NCBI GenBank assembly: GCA_030324005.1
Contig: JARDVH010000001.1
Coordinates: 58,743,134 to 58,807,133, forward strand
From: Negaprion brevirostris
Lineage: Eukaryota
Direction of reading: 5' to 3'
DNA length: 64,000 nt
The notes beneath the pieces were generated by a model, which ran no database searches, was not told the DNA's origin, and saw nothing but the letters and a program-made list of their open reading frames with translations. Every line of letters begins with the position of its first letter. Position 1 is the stretch's first letter. The position numbers and the translations under genes are program-made. This document shows, piece after piece, positions 48,650 to 61,795 of this stretch.

Positions 48650-51250
48650 GGAATCAAATAGTATCTTAGTTTTCTGGTCAGTTGAGGAGTCTCCTTGCAC
48701 CGCTGGAGTATGCTGCATCAGACCTATAAACTCTAAGATTTGTTTGCCTACAGCCAAAATATTACCATGTCAAACTAATGCATGCTAATAAGCAGGATGA
48801 CTACTTCAAGCAATAGCACTGTAGATAAGTAGAACAGAAAAGATAGCTGCACTCTACCAGTCTTTGCTTGAAAGTAACAGACATCATTGTCTGGGTTCAT
48901 GATCAATCTTATTTAAAGTTTAAAAAAGCTCCTGCAATCCCTGAAGTGGAACTTGGGTTGTTCTTCCACTTTGAGTCAGTGGATTGATGAATAAGTATTA
49001 GCTATTACTGTTCATATTTCAAAGTCACCTCAACTTTAAGAAAAAGTATGCAAGTTATGGAGGTATATTCTTCATAAATTATTTGGTGCTCATTAACTTG
49101 TCAAAATCAAAATTAAGGATATTTTTCATTCAAAAAGCTTTGCCTCAAACACAATTAATTAATGTATTTAACGTAACTTTGCATACCATTCAACATCCAA
49201 CTAAGCTTCAGAAAAGCTGAATCAAATAGGCTTCAAAAAATATAAGGGAATGGATCCCAATCAAACTTCCTTTAAAGATGTATAAAACCTGCAATAGATT
49301 AAGTTGGGCAAGAATTCAAGATGCTTGAGAACTGAAAAGACCTTAAGACCATGAATCATTGTACACCAGATGACCAATTTCCATTGGAGATCTAGCTGAT
49401 AACCATTGCATTTCATTATCTAGGCAAGTTTAGTTGGTCCAGTTGATGGGTGTGACCCTTAAGATCAGACACCAACCCTGCAGCAAGTAAAATCAGTGCA
49501 GATCTAATCTCAATAATGATCAGAAGCTTAAATTTTCAAACACTGCAGCGAGCAAAGACTGCAATTGTTTAGCATCCGACCATTGGAGTTCTGGAAATAG
49601 ATTCTTGTTTAAAGGTGCAAGAAAATGCAATTTGTGAAAGGCCTTCAGTTCACACACATCAGATGTGGGTTTTCTAACCTGACAAGGGCAACCATTATTA
49701 GGTCAAAGTTTTTGATGGGAGGCTGAAATCTGAATCGGAGTATATAGTTTCTGAATCTTCACCTCAAGGTGCAAGCAGTATTACATCCAACAAAACACAA
49801 GTGAATGGTCTCAAGATGACCAGTAGAGAAGATTTTAAATGAAGACTCAAAGAACTCTGCATTTGGGCAAGATAAAAGTAAACCAGTCATGTCCAGATTA
49901 CACAAATGGTTGCTGCTGGCCCAGCCCCTTATAAAAACATAATTCATAAGACTGCCTATTGTAGAAGTCTAAAAAGAAAGACACAGGTAGAGTGCTAACA
50001 GAGGAGGTTCTTTCAAACTAGTGGTTAAAAGTGCTTTGCTGATTGGTGTAACGGGAGCTGTGCTCTGCATCTGGCTGTGATCTATAACACATGGTAATCT
50101 TCAATTGCATTAGGTGCCAAAACACAAAGACGTTGCATTCTTCTTGAAAAAGCACAAAAATCCACTCTGTTCTTCACCCACAAAGTTATCAGCGCACTGA
50201 CTCTCAAATCAATGCAGATCCCAGACATACCTGAAATAAGGGGTTTAACCTTCCTTGAAAACCTAATGGTCAACATGCTTGTTTATTTGGTTACTCTTTT
50301 AATGCAGTCATTAAACATTTATTTTGGATAGGTTAATGACTGCATCACAGCAGCACAACCTTCAAAATATGCTGTGCTCTATAAAAAAAGTAAATTCAGA
50401 GGTTTCTCTAGGCAGTGAGAAACCCCATATTCTTACAATAGAACTTGTTGTTTGGGGTTCTTGCTGCGACTTGAAGTTAACAAAAATGAAAGTGCAGCAC
50501 AAAAAGGGTATAAGTTGAGATCAGAGCTAAGGCCGATAGAAAAATACTTGTTTCAAAAGTTATTTACTAAATGTGAAATCTCAGAAGTTTCCTGCATGTA
50601 AATCGCCACAAAGAAAATCTTTAGCCAGTGGCTAAGATAACCCATGAAGGATTGGACAAAGCTTAACATACTAAGTTGGATCCAAAAACCTCCTTTTTTC
50701 ATCACAAGCAAGTGGGATTTCTTTGGTGCCTTCAGAAGCTCAGCGACTACAAATACAATGGAGTAAAAATGACAATACTCTCCCCACTCCAGTTAACAAC
50801 TCGGATTCTGCAGTTGGGAAGAACAGTAAAGTACGAAGGCACCATTTGAGGATTTCTTGTCTTCTTTTGAATCCAAGTAGCTTAATCTGGTTATGCTAAA
50901 AGAGAAAGGTTACAAAGTGCCCCATCATGGATGAACTTTCACTTTCAAGTTCCAAGTCTGGCTCATCCTCAAATAAAGGAGTGCATGAACAGGAGCAAAT
51001 GTCAGCATGAGTTTGTTCCCTATAATCTATTTTGAGACCGGGGGATGTGGAAGCATCTGTTAATAATTTTTTGGACAGCAACATGGTCTATTTTTCACTC
51101 AGCCCAGGTAGTTTATCAAAGAAAAATGCCTGCCAACAAGGGAGCATTTGCCAATGCCAGCTTCTATCCCGGAACAGAATTTAACTAGCAGAGGTGGTGC
51201 AGTTCAGGCTGACCAAATGCTTCACATTTCATACTGCATAGTTGCCCAAG
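48650..51250 (-). mobile_element. Probable decayed DIRS-like (tyrosine recombinase) retrotransposon
   Basis: Collinear frameshifted motifs on the minus strand: IDL, LCFG, (Y)LDDWL-like, CTD...GW, WDP, and HSTR-like. By eye only. Confidence 0.4.
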
Positions 51251-53648
51251 ACCTCCTGTCAACAAAACAGGTAGGTCGGGTGGANNNNNNNNNNNNNNNN
51301 NNNNNNNNNNNNNNNNNNNNNNNNNNNATTGACTCCTCATACAAGCTGGCACCAAAGCAAGCTGAGCCACAGCAGGAGTGGTGACCTGAGAAGGACCATG
51401 CTTTTTAGCACCTGTGGAGCAGGTTTGTGGTTGGGGGGGGGTGGGGGCCAACTTACCTGGCTCCCAGACCTCACTCCTGCAGTGGACTCTTTTCTTGGAG
51501 GATTGTTGAAGACACTCCCATCTGCTGCGGGAGGAGATGTCCAATCATATAATGCACAATGTCATGTTGTGCTTCAAATATAACTGCAAGAACCCGAAGT
51601 GGCCATCTGCCACCACGAAGATGCCATTACATTTTGTGCAATGTTTAAAACCAGCAGACAACTTGCTTGAAGATCAATGATCTTTCCAAGCTGGAAAACA
51701 AGAGAACACAGAGCTCAACCATGTGAGAGAATAGTGGCGAGTGATTTTATGCTGCTGGGGGAAATGTTACGACACATCAGATGAGAGGTAGAGTCTTTCA
51801 ATGACTGGAAAGGGAAGCAACGTGGAATGTAGCGCAACAAAAAGACATTTTACATAGCTACTGGAAATCCTGACAGTAAAAGGAAGAATAAATTACTTCT
51901 ATAGCCTATTTTTAAAAACTGTTTGACAGAAACTACTACCTGGGATTTCAGATTTTAATCTTAGAAGTAAAACTAAGTTTATGTAATCTCCACCTTGGGC
52001 ATGGGAACAGCTATAATGCACATAAACTAATTACAGAAGCTGCAATTCAATTCACAAATAAAAATTCTCATAATTAGTAAATTCACAGACTGTGAATCAT
52101 TTAACATCTGTATGTACATGATCTCTTCTTCCCGCAGGTTATGACAAATTAATAGAAGATGGAAATAATTAACTTTCCACGAGTGATCACAGTCTAGCCT
52201 AATACACAAATCAAACAAGAAAACAGAAGATCTTCAATTTCAGTGATGTATTCTGGCACGGATACTGTTTACATGATCATGTCAGCTCGCAAAACATAGT
52301 ACTTCAATTCGTTGATCCAACAGGATTATTTCTGAATAATGTGTTTAGAGAAACTGAAACTTCAAAATAAGTTTGAGAAGTCTTTCATTATATTTGCTTA
52401 AAAAGAAAATATCTCAATTACAGCCCATGATGTCAAGGGACCACACGTATTGTCCTTGGTTTTAATATTTGCAATGCAAGTTCCCACATAATTCAGTCAA
52501 CACTGCAACTTCTACAAGATAAACTTTTACAATACTAGATGGACTGTAAACTGACAACTCAGACTTAAGCTTCCAATACCATCCACACAGACAAAATGAG
52601 ATTCAGTGTCAACAGATACAATGGTTTCACTGAAATTATGTTAACAATTCTTTGTGGGTGCAACTACACACTGAAAAGCAGAAATGCATTTACTGACTGC
52701 CACTGAACTAAAATCTTAGAGAGCCAATAAGGATAGCTGCTTTGTGAAGTATCATTCTGGTGTAGTACTGGAGATACATCAGAGTTAAAGGTTAAGACAT
52801 GGCAGTGCAGGCAGCTTTGCTTTAACTCAGTGCTAATACAGGTGCATAAAGTAGAAAAATATTCCATTCCAACACAGAATTATTTCCTCTGATGAACATA
52901 ACTTTGAAAAATATACTGGTAGCACAGTCAAGATCAGAAATGACTGAATTAATGTACTCAAATTTCCTTTACCATTTCAAAAGACAGGCTTTTCAAAAGC
53001 CACCTTCCACAATTACTGAGATCACACTCACATTCGCTAACAAGCATCACATAAGATATGGCTGACCAGACAATTCAGAATCATGTATGTCAAGAGTACG
53101 TATGCGCTGATTTAGAAGTGAAGATACATTGCAAGTTTTGAATTGGTGTGGTACCCACTGTCAGCTCAAAACTAAAAATAGAATTGCTGGGAATAAAGGT
53201 TTAACCTCAGTTGTTAATTATGTAACGTGTGTGATAGATGATAAACTGGAAGATATCAACTGGTTTTACGTTCAGCCAGTGTGACTCGCCAGCAGAATAT
53301 AAAATTAGACAGTTATTTTTGCAAACAGTTGCTCACAGGTCTAAGGTAATTTTGTATGTGATGAAATTCATACTGAATTTACTCAATACTTTTAAAATAC
53401 CTTGCAACTATATAAAGTGAATATTACATGCTTAGCTGGATGAAAGAGAAATAAAGATTAGTTTTCTTAGCTTATCCACTCAGAGGTTACATCTTCTTCT
53501 GCAATTTAACATGCCATTTTCTTGTTTTTTACTGCACCCCAAAACTTACCTAGTGGAATGAAGTGTATTTTAGCACAAATTTTAAATATTCCACTCTAAT
53601 CCCAAGGTTTTTAATCAAGCTACTTTTGCTCCTAATCCATAAACTTAC

Positions 53649-53769
53649 ATCTTAAGTGTCGGGGAAATAAATCTGTTGTTTCATGAGAAGTGACAGATGG
53701 GGTCAAGTCATCAGCAGAAGATTGTGTTTCTTCATCATCACCTGAAAGTAGGTCCTTTGCTATTTCCTC
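53649..53769 (-). CDS. MIER3: MIER3 exon 5 equivalent
   Basis: aacag|GAG...AGAT|gtaagt. Encodes [40 protein letters not shown]. Confidence 0.96.
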
Positions 53770-53888
53770 CTGTTCAGATAAAAAGGAATTTTATTTATTA
53801 GACATAATTCATGGTGGACATTTTAAATAAGATTTTTTTCATGATGATTTACATAAATTGCTGCAAAAAGATGGGCATTATTACTTGC

Positions 53889-54017
53889 CTTATCAAGAGT
53901 CATGTCAGGAAGTTCATCAGCGAGCTCACTTGGTGAACTCCCTGGATTTTCATTTTCTATTACTGGAGGCTCATATCCATAAAGTGCCAGCAAATCATCA
54001 AGTGGCATGTTGCTCTC
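53889..54017 (-). CDS. MIER3: MIER3 exon 4 equivalent (GC donor)
   Basis: aacag|GAG...AAG|gcaagt. Encodes [18 protein letters not shown]...[17 protein letters not shown]. Confidence 0.93.
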
Positions 54018-54599
54018 CTGTTGACCAAAAATAACTGAAATTTAAAGTCTTAACATGATGGGATTTTCAGTCAAAAATCTTTCAACAGATTGAACACACT
54101 TCAGCAACACCTCCCAGCCCCCTATCTCTATTATTCAGAAAACCTAGAACAGCAATATCATGGGGACAGTATCAGCTAAAACTTTCTATGTCACATAGCA
54201 TTCTGACTTGGCCTTATTTTGTCATTACTTATTCATTGCTGAGTCAAACATTCTGGAACTCCCTCCCCAATAACACTATCAGAAAATAAAGGCTGACTTG
54301 CTGGCACCCACACATCCAATGAATAAGTTGGCTAGCATCACCCATACCCAACAAACAATAAAACTAAAATCACTGTTCAATAATTAAGCAAATTAATTAG
54401 AATTTATTATATAAATTAGATATTGATAGAGCAAGAGACACAATCCAAAAAACTTGTATTTCTATAGCACTGATGTGCAGAGAAGAATTTTAATGTGATA
54501 TAGGTGATTGACAAAGAATAAATATAGGGTAGGAGTGAAAAGGGAATGAAAAGGATACTAAGGAAATAATCTAGTAGGCTAGAGTATGTCCAAAGAGAC

Positions 54600-56440
54600 A
54601 TTTAAATGATGTTATGGTCAGGATTAAATGAGCCAAAAGAGAAGGGTGGGGAGGGATAAGCACAAAAATTGCTAACACTGGTGGCAACAAGTCTCTAACA
54701 CTAATTACAGTGTTAGACCAAGGATAAATTGGGATATTAGAGGAGAATGTAACAAGGGGAATATAATAATCATGGGTGATTTAAATTTTCATGTTGACTG
54801 GGCAAACTAAATTGGAAAAAGCAGTACAGCAGACAAGTTATGGACCGCATTCAGCAGTATACTGAGGAACCAACTAGAGAACAAGTCATTTTAGATTTAG
54901 ATTCTGTAATGAAACAGGGTTAATTAATAATAAAGGATCGCCTGGGAAAGAGTGATCATAGTGTAATGGCATTTCATAATAAGTTTGAGCGTGATGAAGT
55001 TAAGTCCAAAATCAGGGTCTTAAACTTAAAAGTTAATTAAAGAAGAAACGACTGGCAAGTTGGTGGATTCACACTGGGAAATTAACTTAAAAGATGACAA
55101 TAGATGATCAATGGCAAAAATTTAAGTAAATAATTCATATTTTTCAACTAATATACATTCCTCTGAGGAATAAAATCTTTGCTGGGGAAGTGCTACAACC
55201 ATGATTAACCAGGAAAGTCAGTGATAGTATTAGATTGAAATTCAATAACATTGCAAAGAACGTAGCAAGTTGAAGGTTAAAGGGATTTAAAATTCAGCAA
55301 AGGTTAATGAAGAAATTGATTAAGAAAATAGTATGAAGTAGACCAGCAAATATACAAACAAATCACAAAAGCTTTTTACAAGTATGCAAAAAGAAAGAAA
55401 TCAGTGAAATTCAAGTTGCGTTCTTTAAGGACAAAGGCAAAAGAAATTTAAATAGTGAATAAAGAAATGCTAAACAAATCTTTTGTATTAAGTTTTGTAG
55501 TGGGAGATGCAAAGCATTGGAAATTGTAAAGAATCAAGAACGAGAAACTTGAAGCAATTTGATGGTAGCAAATGTAAACTCATTGTTTAACAATGGAGAG
55601 ACAGCAAAAACAAGGAACGATAGCCCAGTTAACTTCATAACGGGTAGTAGGGAAAATGCTGCAACCTATTATGAAGGATGTGGTAATAGGGCACTTGAAA
55701 AATCACAACAGGTTGAGTCAACACTCATGAAAGGGGAGTTACATTCTGCAAATCTGTCAGTTTTTTTGAGGATGTAGTTAGCAGGACAGAAGGAAGGTAA
55801 GAGAAGGAAAAAAACCAGTGGATGGTGCCACAGACGAGGCTATTTATAATCTAGATGAGGGGATGAGTAATATATCCATCTTTGCTGGTGATAAAGAGCT
55901 AACTGGGAAAGTAAGCTGCAAGGAGGTTGCAAAGAAGCTAAAATGGTCCAACATGGCCGACTATTTTGGAGAAGATTCTTTATTGATTGAGAATCCACAA
56001 CCCTGTGTGCACTCGAGACTGAGATTGATACATTTTTCAAGGTGCCACAGCAGTTAGCATTACTACTTCACAACACAGGTTTGATTCCTGGCTTGGCTCA
56101 CTGTCTGCGTGGGTTTTCTCTGGGTCTCCAATTTCCTCCCACAGTCCAAAAGCCGTGCTGGTTAGGTGCACTAGCCATGGTAAATTCTCCCTCAGTGTAC
56201 CTGAACAGGTACCGGAGTGTGCTGACTAGGGGATTTGCACAATAATTTCATTGAAGTGTTGATATAAGCCTATTTGTGACACGAATGAATAAACTTAAAA
56301 ACTTTCTGAGCACCAAAGGAATCAAATGGTAGGATGGGAAATTGGAATTGATTTGGAAGTTCAGCCGAGGCCTCACCGAATGGTGAAGCAAGCTTGATAA
56401 TTATATGGCATACTATTGCCTATTTTTCTTATTTTATGAC
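54600..56440 (+). mobile_element. Degraded CR1 LINE with a V-SINE inserted at ~56040-56305
   Basis: IIMGDFNFHVDW, EPTREQVILDL and KDRLGKSDH (APE endonuclease/linker), SIFAGDKEL (RT), and the tail. Confidence 0.75.
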
Positions 56441-58043
56441 TTGCAGATGGCGGGCGGGTGGGGGCGGTGGTGGTGGTAAACTAACTTCATACATTCACAT
56501 CAAACATAGCACCTTAAGGTCATTTTGCTAATAAAAAGGGAACAGGCAAAGCTTAGCAAATAGGTGCATGATTAAAGTACATTACATTTTGCATGTGTTT
56601 TACTGCATAAGGAATTTGTACACTAACTCAGATTTATCAACGCGATAGGTAAGGGGTAGATGAGAGTTCCAGCAGTAAGTGGAAAAACTATCAGAGTTGA
56701 AAAAGGTCTTCAATGGTGGGTTTAGCTGTGGAGAAGAAAGTTAAACTCAGAATTGAAGAATATAGAAAGGCTCTAAGCTAATGGACTGAGCAGAGATAGG
56801 AATTTTAAAATAAAATTGTTTAAAGTTCAAATATGTATTACTTACAAATGTAATACTTGGTACTTAACTTTGACCAAGTCTAGCTACTAACTTTATTTTC
56901 TTCCAGAGGCACTAAAGACTACACCTAATAATCAATTTCAGAGTTGGATCCCATGGTTCCATGCCCACTGGGTTTATATTTTCTTTCCTCTTTTGAGGAA
57001 GCATTTGACCTCTGGCTCAGTACCTGTCCACTGCAGTACAGTTCATATATAAGTACAATTGCAAACCTACAATTCATAGTGTATTGGTAAACTCATGGAT
57101 TCCAGCAATATAGGAACTTTAGGCATTTACTTCATATTCCACTGAATCTTTAAAAATAAGTTTTAATTTAATCACAAACATTCCCGTTGGAAAACTGCTT
57201 GAAACTTGAGCATTAGGGATCATCGTATTTCAATGCGTATTGCTTCATTCTGGTTCGTGACAGACCATCTAATTTCTTAGAAACAGGAAGTTTATCTGCT
57301 TTCTCGTTTCTTTCCCCCATTCATAACTCTCAATACTTTGCTTTGCCAAAAGAACAACCTGAAGACCTGTTCCAAACATTTTCTAGCTTGCCAACAGGCA
57401 GTGCATACATTTAGCCCAGGGTGACTAGATCTCTGATTCTCCCTCTCCTCAGTGAGCACTTCAGCCCTCATCCTGCGCAACAAGGTTAATACTTCCTATG
57501 GCAAATATATCTCAATGTTGAACTTAAGAGGAATTCTGTACAAAGTACTCTCCGATCCACAACTTGAAAGAAACTGGATATTTTACTTCCCATCAGTTTT
57601 TAAATGCAATTTGCCTCATAATTAAAATCACTGATCTAATCAAATCCATAGTCACTCCGCTGACATGTCAAGAAGAATTGGCCCACGTTCCACCATTTGT
57701 AAGAGTGCTGGCACTTCAGACTGAGAAGGCTGAATCAGTCGAAAGTGTCGAATTATTCTTCTAATGATACTCTCTTTGCCTTTCCTTCTCCTTTATTTAA
57801 AGCATAACAAAATTATTAGCCTTGTATGAAGGCAACGTGTAGCAAAAAAGACATTTTATGAAAACTGCATGCGATGCCGTCGAAGAGGACCAACAGTTGT
57901 TTTACAAACATTGTTGACCCCAAATCGTAGGAAAGCACTCCTACAACATTAGCCTTCATTTTAAAGTAGAAAAACTATTGATCAATTTTGTTACATTAAA
58001 TAGCACTGTTCCAACAGTTTGAATTTAAGCTTAGTTTACTTTA

Positions 58044-58256
<213 letters not shown>

Positions 58257-58999
58257 TTACATTTTTGTTCTAGTATATCAATCACTTCAAAAGTGGGTAT
58301 TGTGCTAACTTATTCTAAGCAACTATATGCCTAATTGATTTGAATTAGGTGGATCCAGTTATCAGTTAATGTAAAAAAAAGTATAATCTGTTTGATATTA
58401 AATATGGAGTGCCAAAATGTACTTTAAAAGATCTTTCCTACACAAAGAATATATAATTAAGTAAACAGTGGCATAATTCAAAGACTGAAGAAAGTAGAGA
58501 GAGCGAGAAGGAATAAATGAATGCTTAAGCATGCAAAAGAAAATTCAACATACCCAGATGAATAAATCGAGAAAGGTTAACACAATTAGAAGAAAATGAA
58601 AAGTCCTGAGACTGAACACCATAAAGCATCAAAAGGAAAAAAAAGGAGGGAATGGGGCAACTGAATTTGAGTAAACCTCAAATATTCCCATTAATTGACA
58701 CATGCANNNNNNNNNNNNNNNNNNNNNNNNNNNNNNNNNNNNNNNNNNNNNNNNNNNNNNNNNNNNNNAAGCAGATTCCTAAATTCAGACTGTCTAATGC
58801 CAGAGGACTAGAACACAGTACAGAGCTGTCAGGAAGTCAATACCTTCCCCTCTTTCTGGTAGTTCAAATGTCATCTTCATAAAGTAGTCCACTGAAGTCA
58901 GTTGAGCCCAACAATAATGAATGGAATTGCATCTAATCTGATCCAAATATAGCTTTGAATGAGACCAAAATCATAACCCAAAAGTCAAGTAATGGAACA

Positions 59000-60180
59000 T
59001 ACCCACGAAATTTAAGAATGAACGTATACCAATCTCATCAAAACCCCCTTTGAATCTTTGACACGAAATGCAATGTCAATTTTGAAATGAGTTTTCTGAC
59101 AGTTCCTTGGGGATAATTTAAACAAATGCCATGCATGTGGCTTCCCAATCCTCATCAAAAGTTTCAATTCCCAAAATAGCCACCAACTTCCAGAAGATAA
59201 AATGAGCTCCTATAAAGTTAGAAAGAATTAAATTCAGATTAGCTCCTCCCCCCCAACAGAACTCCTTTAAACGTGTTCATTGTTGACATCATAGGGAAAG
59301 CATGAAAGGAGATTTACAGAGAGAAACAAAAAGAGAAGATCTTAAGATAACTAAAAAACATATTCCCCTCCATCTTTATACTCTGAAAATGGCAAAGAAA
59401 AAACCCCACAAATAATGGAATTTTCCAATGGTTCAACAGGAGAAATCTCTGGATTAAAACCAGGGCAGGGGATTAACATAGCTATCTAAGGCTGAGCAAC
59501 ACATTCTAAAAGGCAAATAAAAAAAGTGAATTGGATAGCAAACCTGCTCTACCTCACCCAAGGAACCTAGTCAGAATGTTAAAATGGTCATAAAAACTAT
59601 GGAAGAATCGGAGTGATCAGATATTTCAATCAATAAATCAAAGCAAGAGTTCCACTCAAATGAAGGGATATTTATTATTCCAGTTTCAAAAAGTTTATGA
59701 CCTGGTGCTTGATCTTGAATGGCAAATTATGAAGCCCCAACTTCAGGACACTGATTCTCTCAAAGAATGAGCAATGAAACAAGAAGTCATTACTCCAGCA
59801 TCAAGCCTAGCATTATGGCTTATGGTTTTCCACAGTTGATTTTGTACCAGCACAGAAAAATATAATGGTATACAGGGTTAAAAAAGTCAGGGGTAGAGAT
59901 CATTATAATTATAAAAAACTTATTGTCTTGCCTGCTGCTGTTACCCCAACCGTGCAGATGCTAACAGCTTAAAGGTTTTGGAAGCCAGAAAGAACAGGAA
60001 TGACTACATAGCAAAAGGGTGTAAAGTGAAGTTTGGTTTGAACTTCCAAACATTCAACAAAGCTCCAGGCCTATTATACAACTCAAACACCTACTTGAGA
60101 ACATGAAATCAAACAAACCTGCAGTACGAATTAACTTCTATAAGCTGCAGATGTGATCGGAATGTTTGCATAAAAATGCA
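59000..60180 (-). mobile_element. Possible second decayed DIRS-like element
   Basis: Minus strand GFNPEISPVEP...CG (compare GF.IN.EKS.L.P...FLG) at ~59405-59461 and a GWGA-like RNase H motif at ~59130-59152. Confidence 0.3.
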
Positions 60181-61770
60181 TCTGATCCAAATTAACTAAT
60201 TCATGCAAACAAGTTTGAATAAGCATTTTTCAAAACAAAAATAATGTACAAATCAGTAGAATGTGTTAAGGAAATGTCACACCTCAAACCTGCTTATAGT
60301 GTCTAAATCCAGCATCACATCTTAGTTTTCACTTACGCAAGAACTGAATTTCCTACATACTCTGTTCATGCATGGTGCAAAAACATGAAAACAAAAGCAA
60401 TACATTTCTTGAATGGTAGATGGCCATTAAAGTTCATTTTGAGATGAACAATATGTGGACAGTAACAGCAGCACTGAACTTTTTATTCAGTAAACATACT
60501 GGACTCGTGCTAGCCCATTTTTACTTTTCTAATGAAAAAGATTCTACAGTGCCTTAATCTTATGTTACTTGTGTTAATCTTAGAGGGTTCTTTGACCATT
60601 AAATCATTCTTCTGTACTTTTGATTTAGCTTGGGTAACATAATAAAAAGGATTTGGAAAAAATTATTGTACCAGGGAATTAGGTACCTAAAAATATATTA
60701 TGCTCAATTTATTTAAGAAACATACACATTGAATATTAACTAACACAGGGAAGCCACATCTCAGAAGTTCTTTTTTATTATTTTGTGGGATGTGGGTGTA
60801 ATGGGCGATGCCATAGTTTCCACCATGTACATGCAGCCTGATTCAAACTGTATCTATATTTGCACTGGATGGGACATTACAAATAGGCACAAACATAACA
60901 AACCTATCAACCTCAAGTGTACCTGCAGTCAATGTTCTGCTACTATGAAGTCTGATTAGCATCTCAAATGAAAATCTTATAATAAACCCAAGCATCACTT
61001 GCCTCAACTTCTTGTGAATTAACTTAGCATCTCTTCTTGTTCCTCCCTCATACGTTGAACAGTATCTTAAAGTTTTCAGATTTGCAAGAGGCAATCAGTA
61101 TACATGCTGATTAAATGCCACAGCCAAGAAATTTAATAAAAAGCTTAAGAGTTGCTTTGCCTGAAAGAGAGGTCGCCATTGTTACACTACATTTTCAGAT
61201 ATTAAATATTAAAATCTTTATTCTAATTCTTATCCCAATTTGTTGTAAGTGTTGTAAATATCCTAATTTCTGAGCAGTCCAGGCATCAAGTGAGTTAATG
61301 AATGGTAACAAATGCCTGTGCCTTAATGGATTGAAGCAAATATTCAAATGTTAAAGCAAGAACTGCACATCCTTCACAATGTTACCAAAAAAACTGAAAC
61401 AGTTTTATCAAAAGCTGAACAATAATAATCATTTTTAATTTGATGAGATCTAGAATTTGTTTTTGTCATTGCAAAATAGAAGACTTTGCTGAGGAATAAA
61501 ATCAAAATGTAATTGCTCACAAGAATACCAATTCACAAACTCATTTAATGATCTATGCATGACCTTCAGTTGTAATATATTTGTTACAGCATATGATCAA
61601 ACCCTGTTTCATTCCTACTTTTAAGTTAAAACCAGTAACAGTGTGAATGGCTTATTCTAAATCACTTTTTAAAAACAACTAAAAACCATATTATGTAGCA
61701 AAAGGTCACACCCAAACACCTTGAAATTAATTTCCCATTAGGATTGGAAGTGAAGTAGAACAACACATAC

Positions 61771-61795
61771 CTGGACTTGAACTTCCATAGGAAGC
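61771..61795 (-). CDS. MIER3: MIER family member 3, 25-nt micro-exon (exon 2 equivalent)
   Basis: Minus strand ttatttcag|GCTTCCTATGGAAGTTCAAGTCCAG|gtatgt = ASYGSSSP(V), versus human MAE-ASFGSSSPV. Confidence 0.9.

Noticed and set aside
50896-51084. Acidic minus-strand ORF (FEDEPDLELESESSS) as a novel MIER3 alternative exon
   Set aside because: No convincing phase-1/phase-1 splice pair was found, exons 5 and 6 already join in frame, and it more likely belongs to the decayed retroelement.
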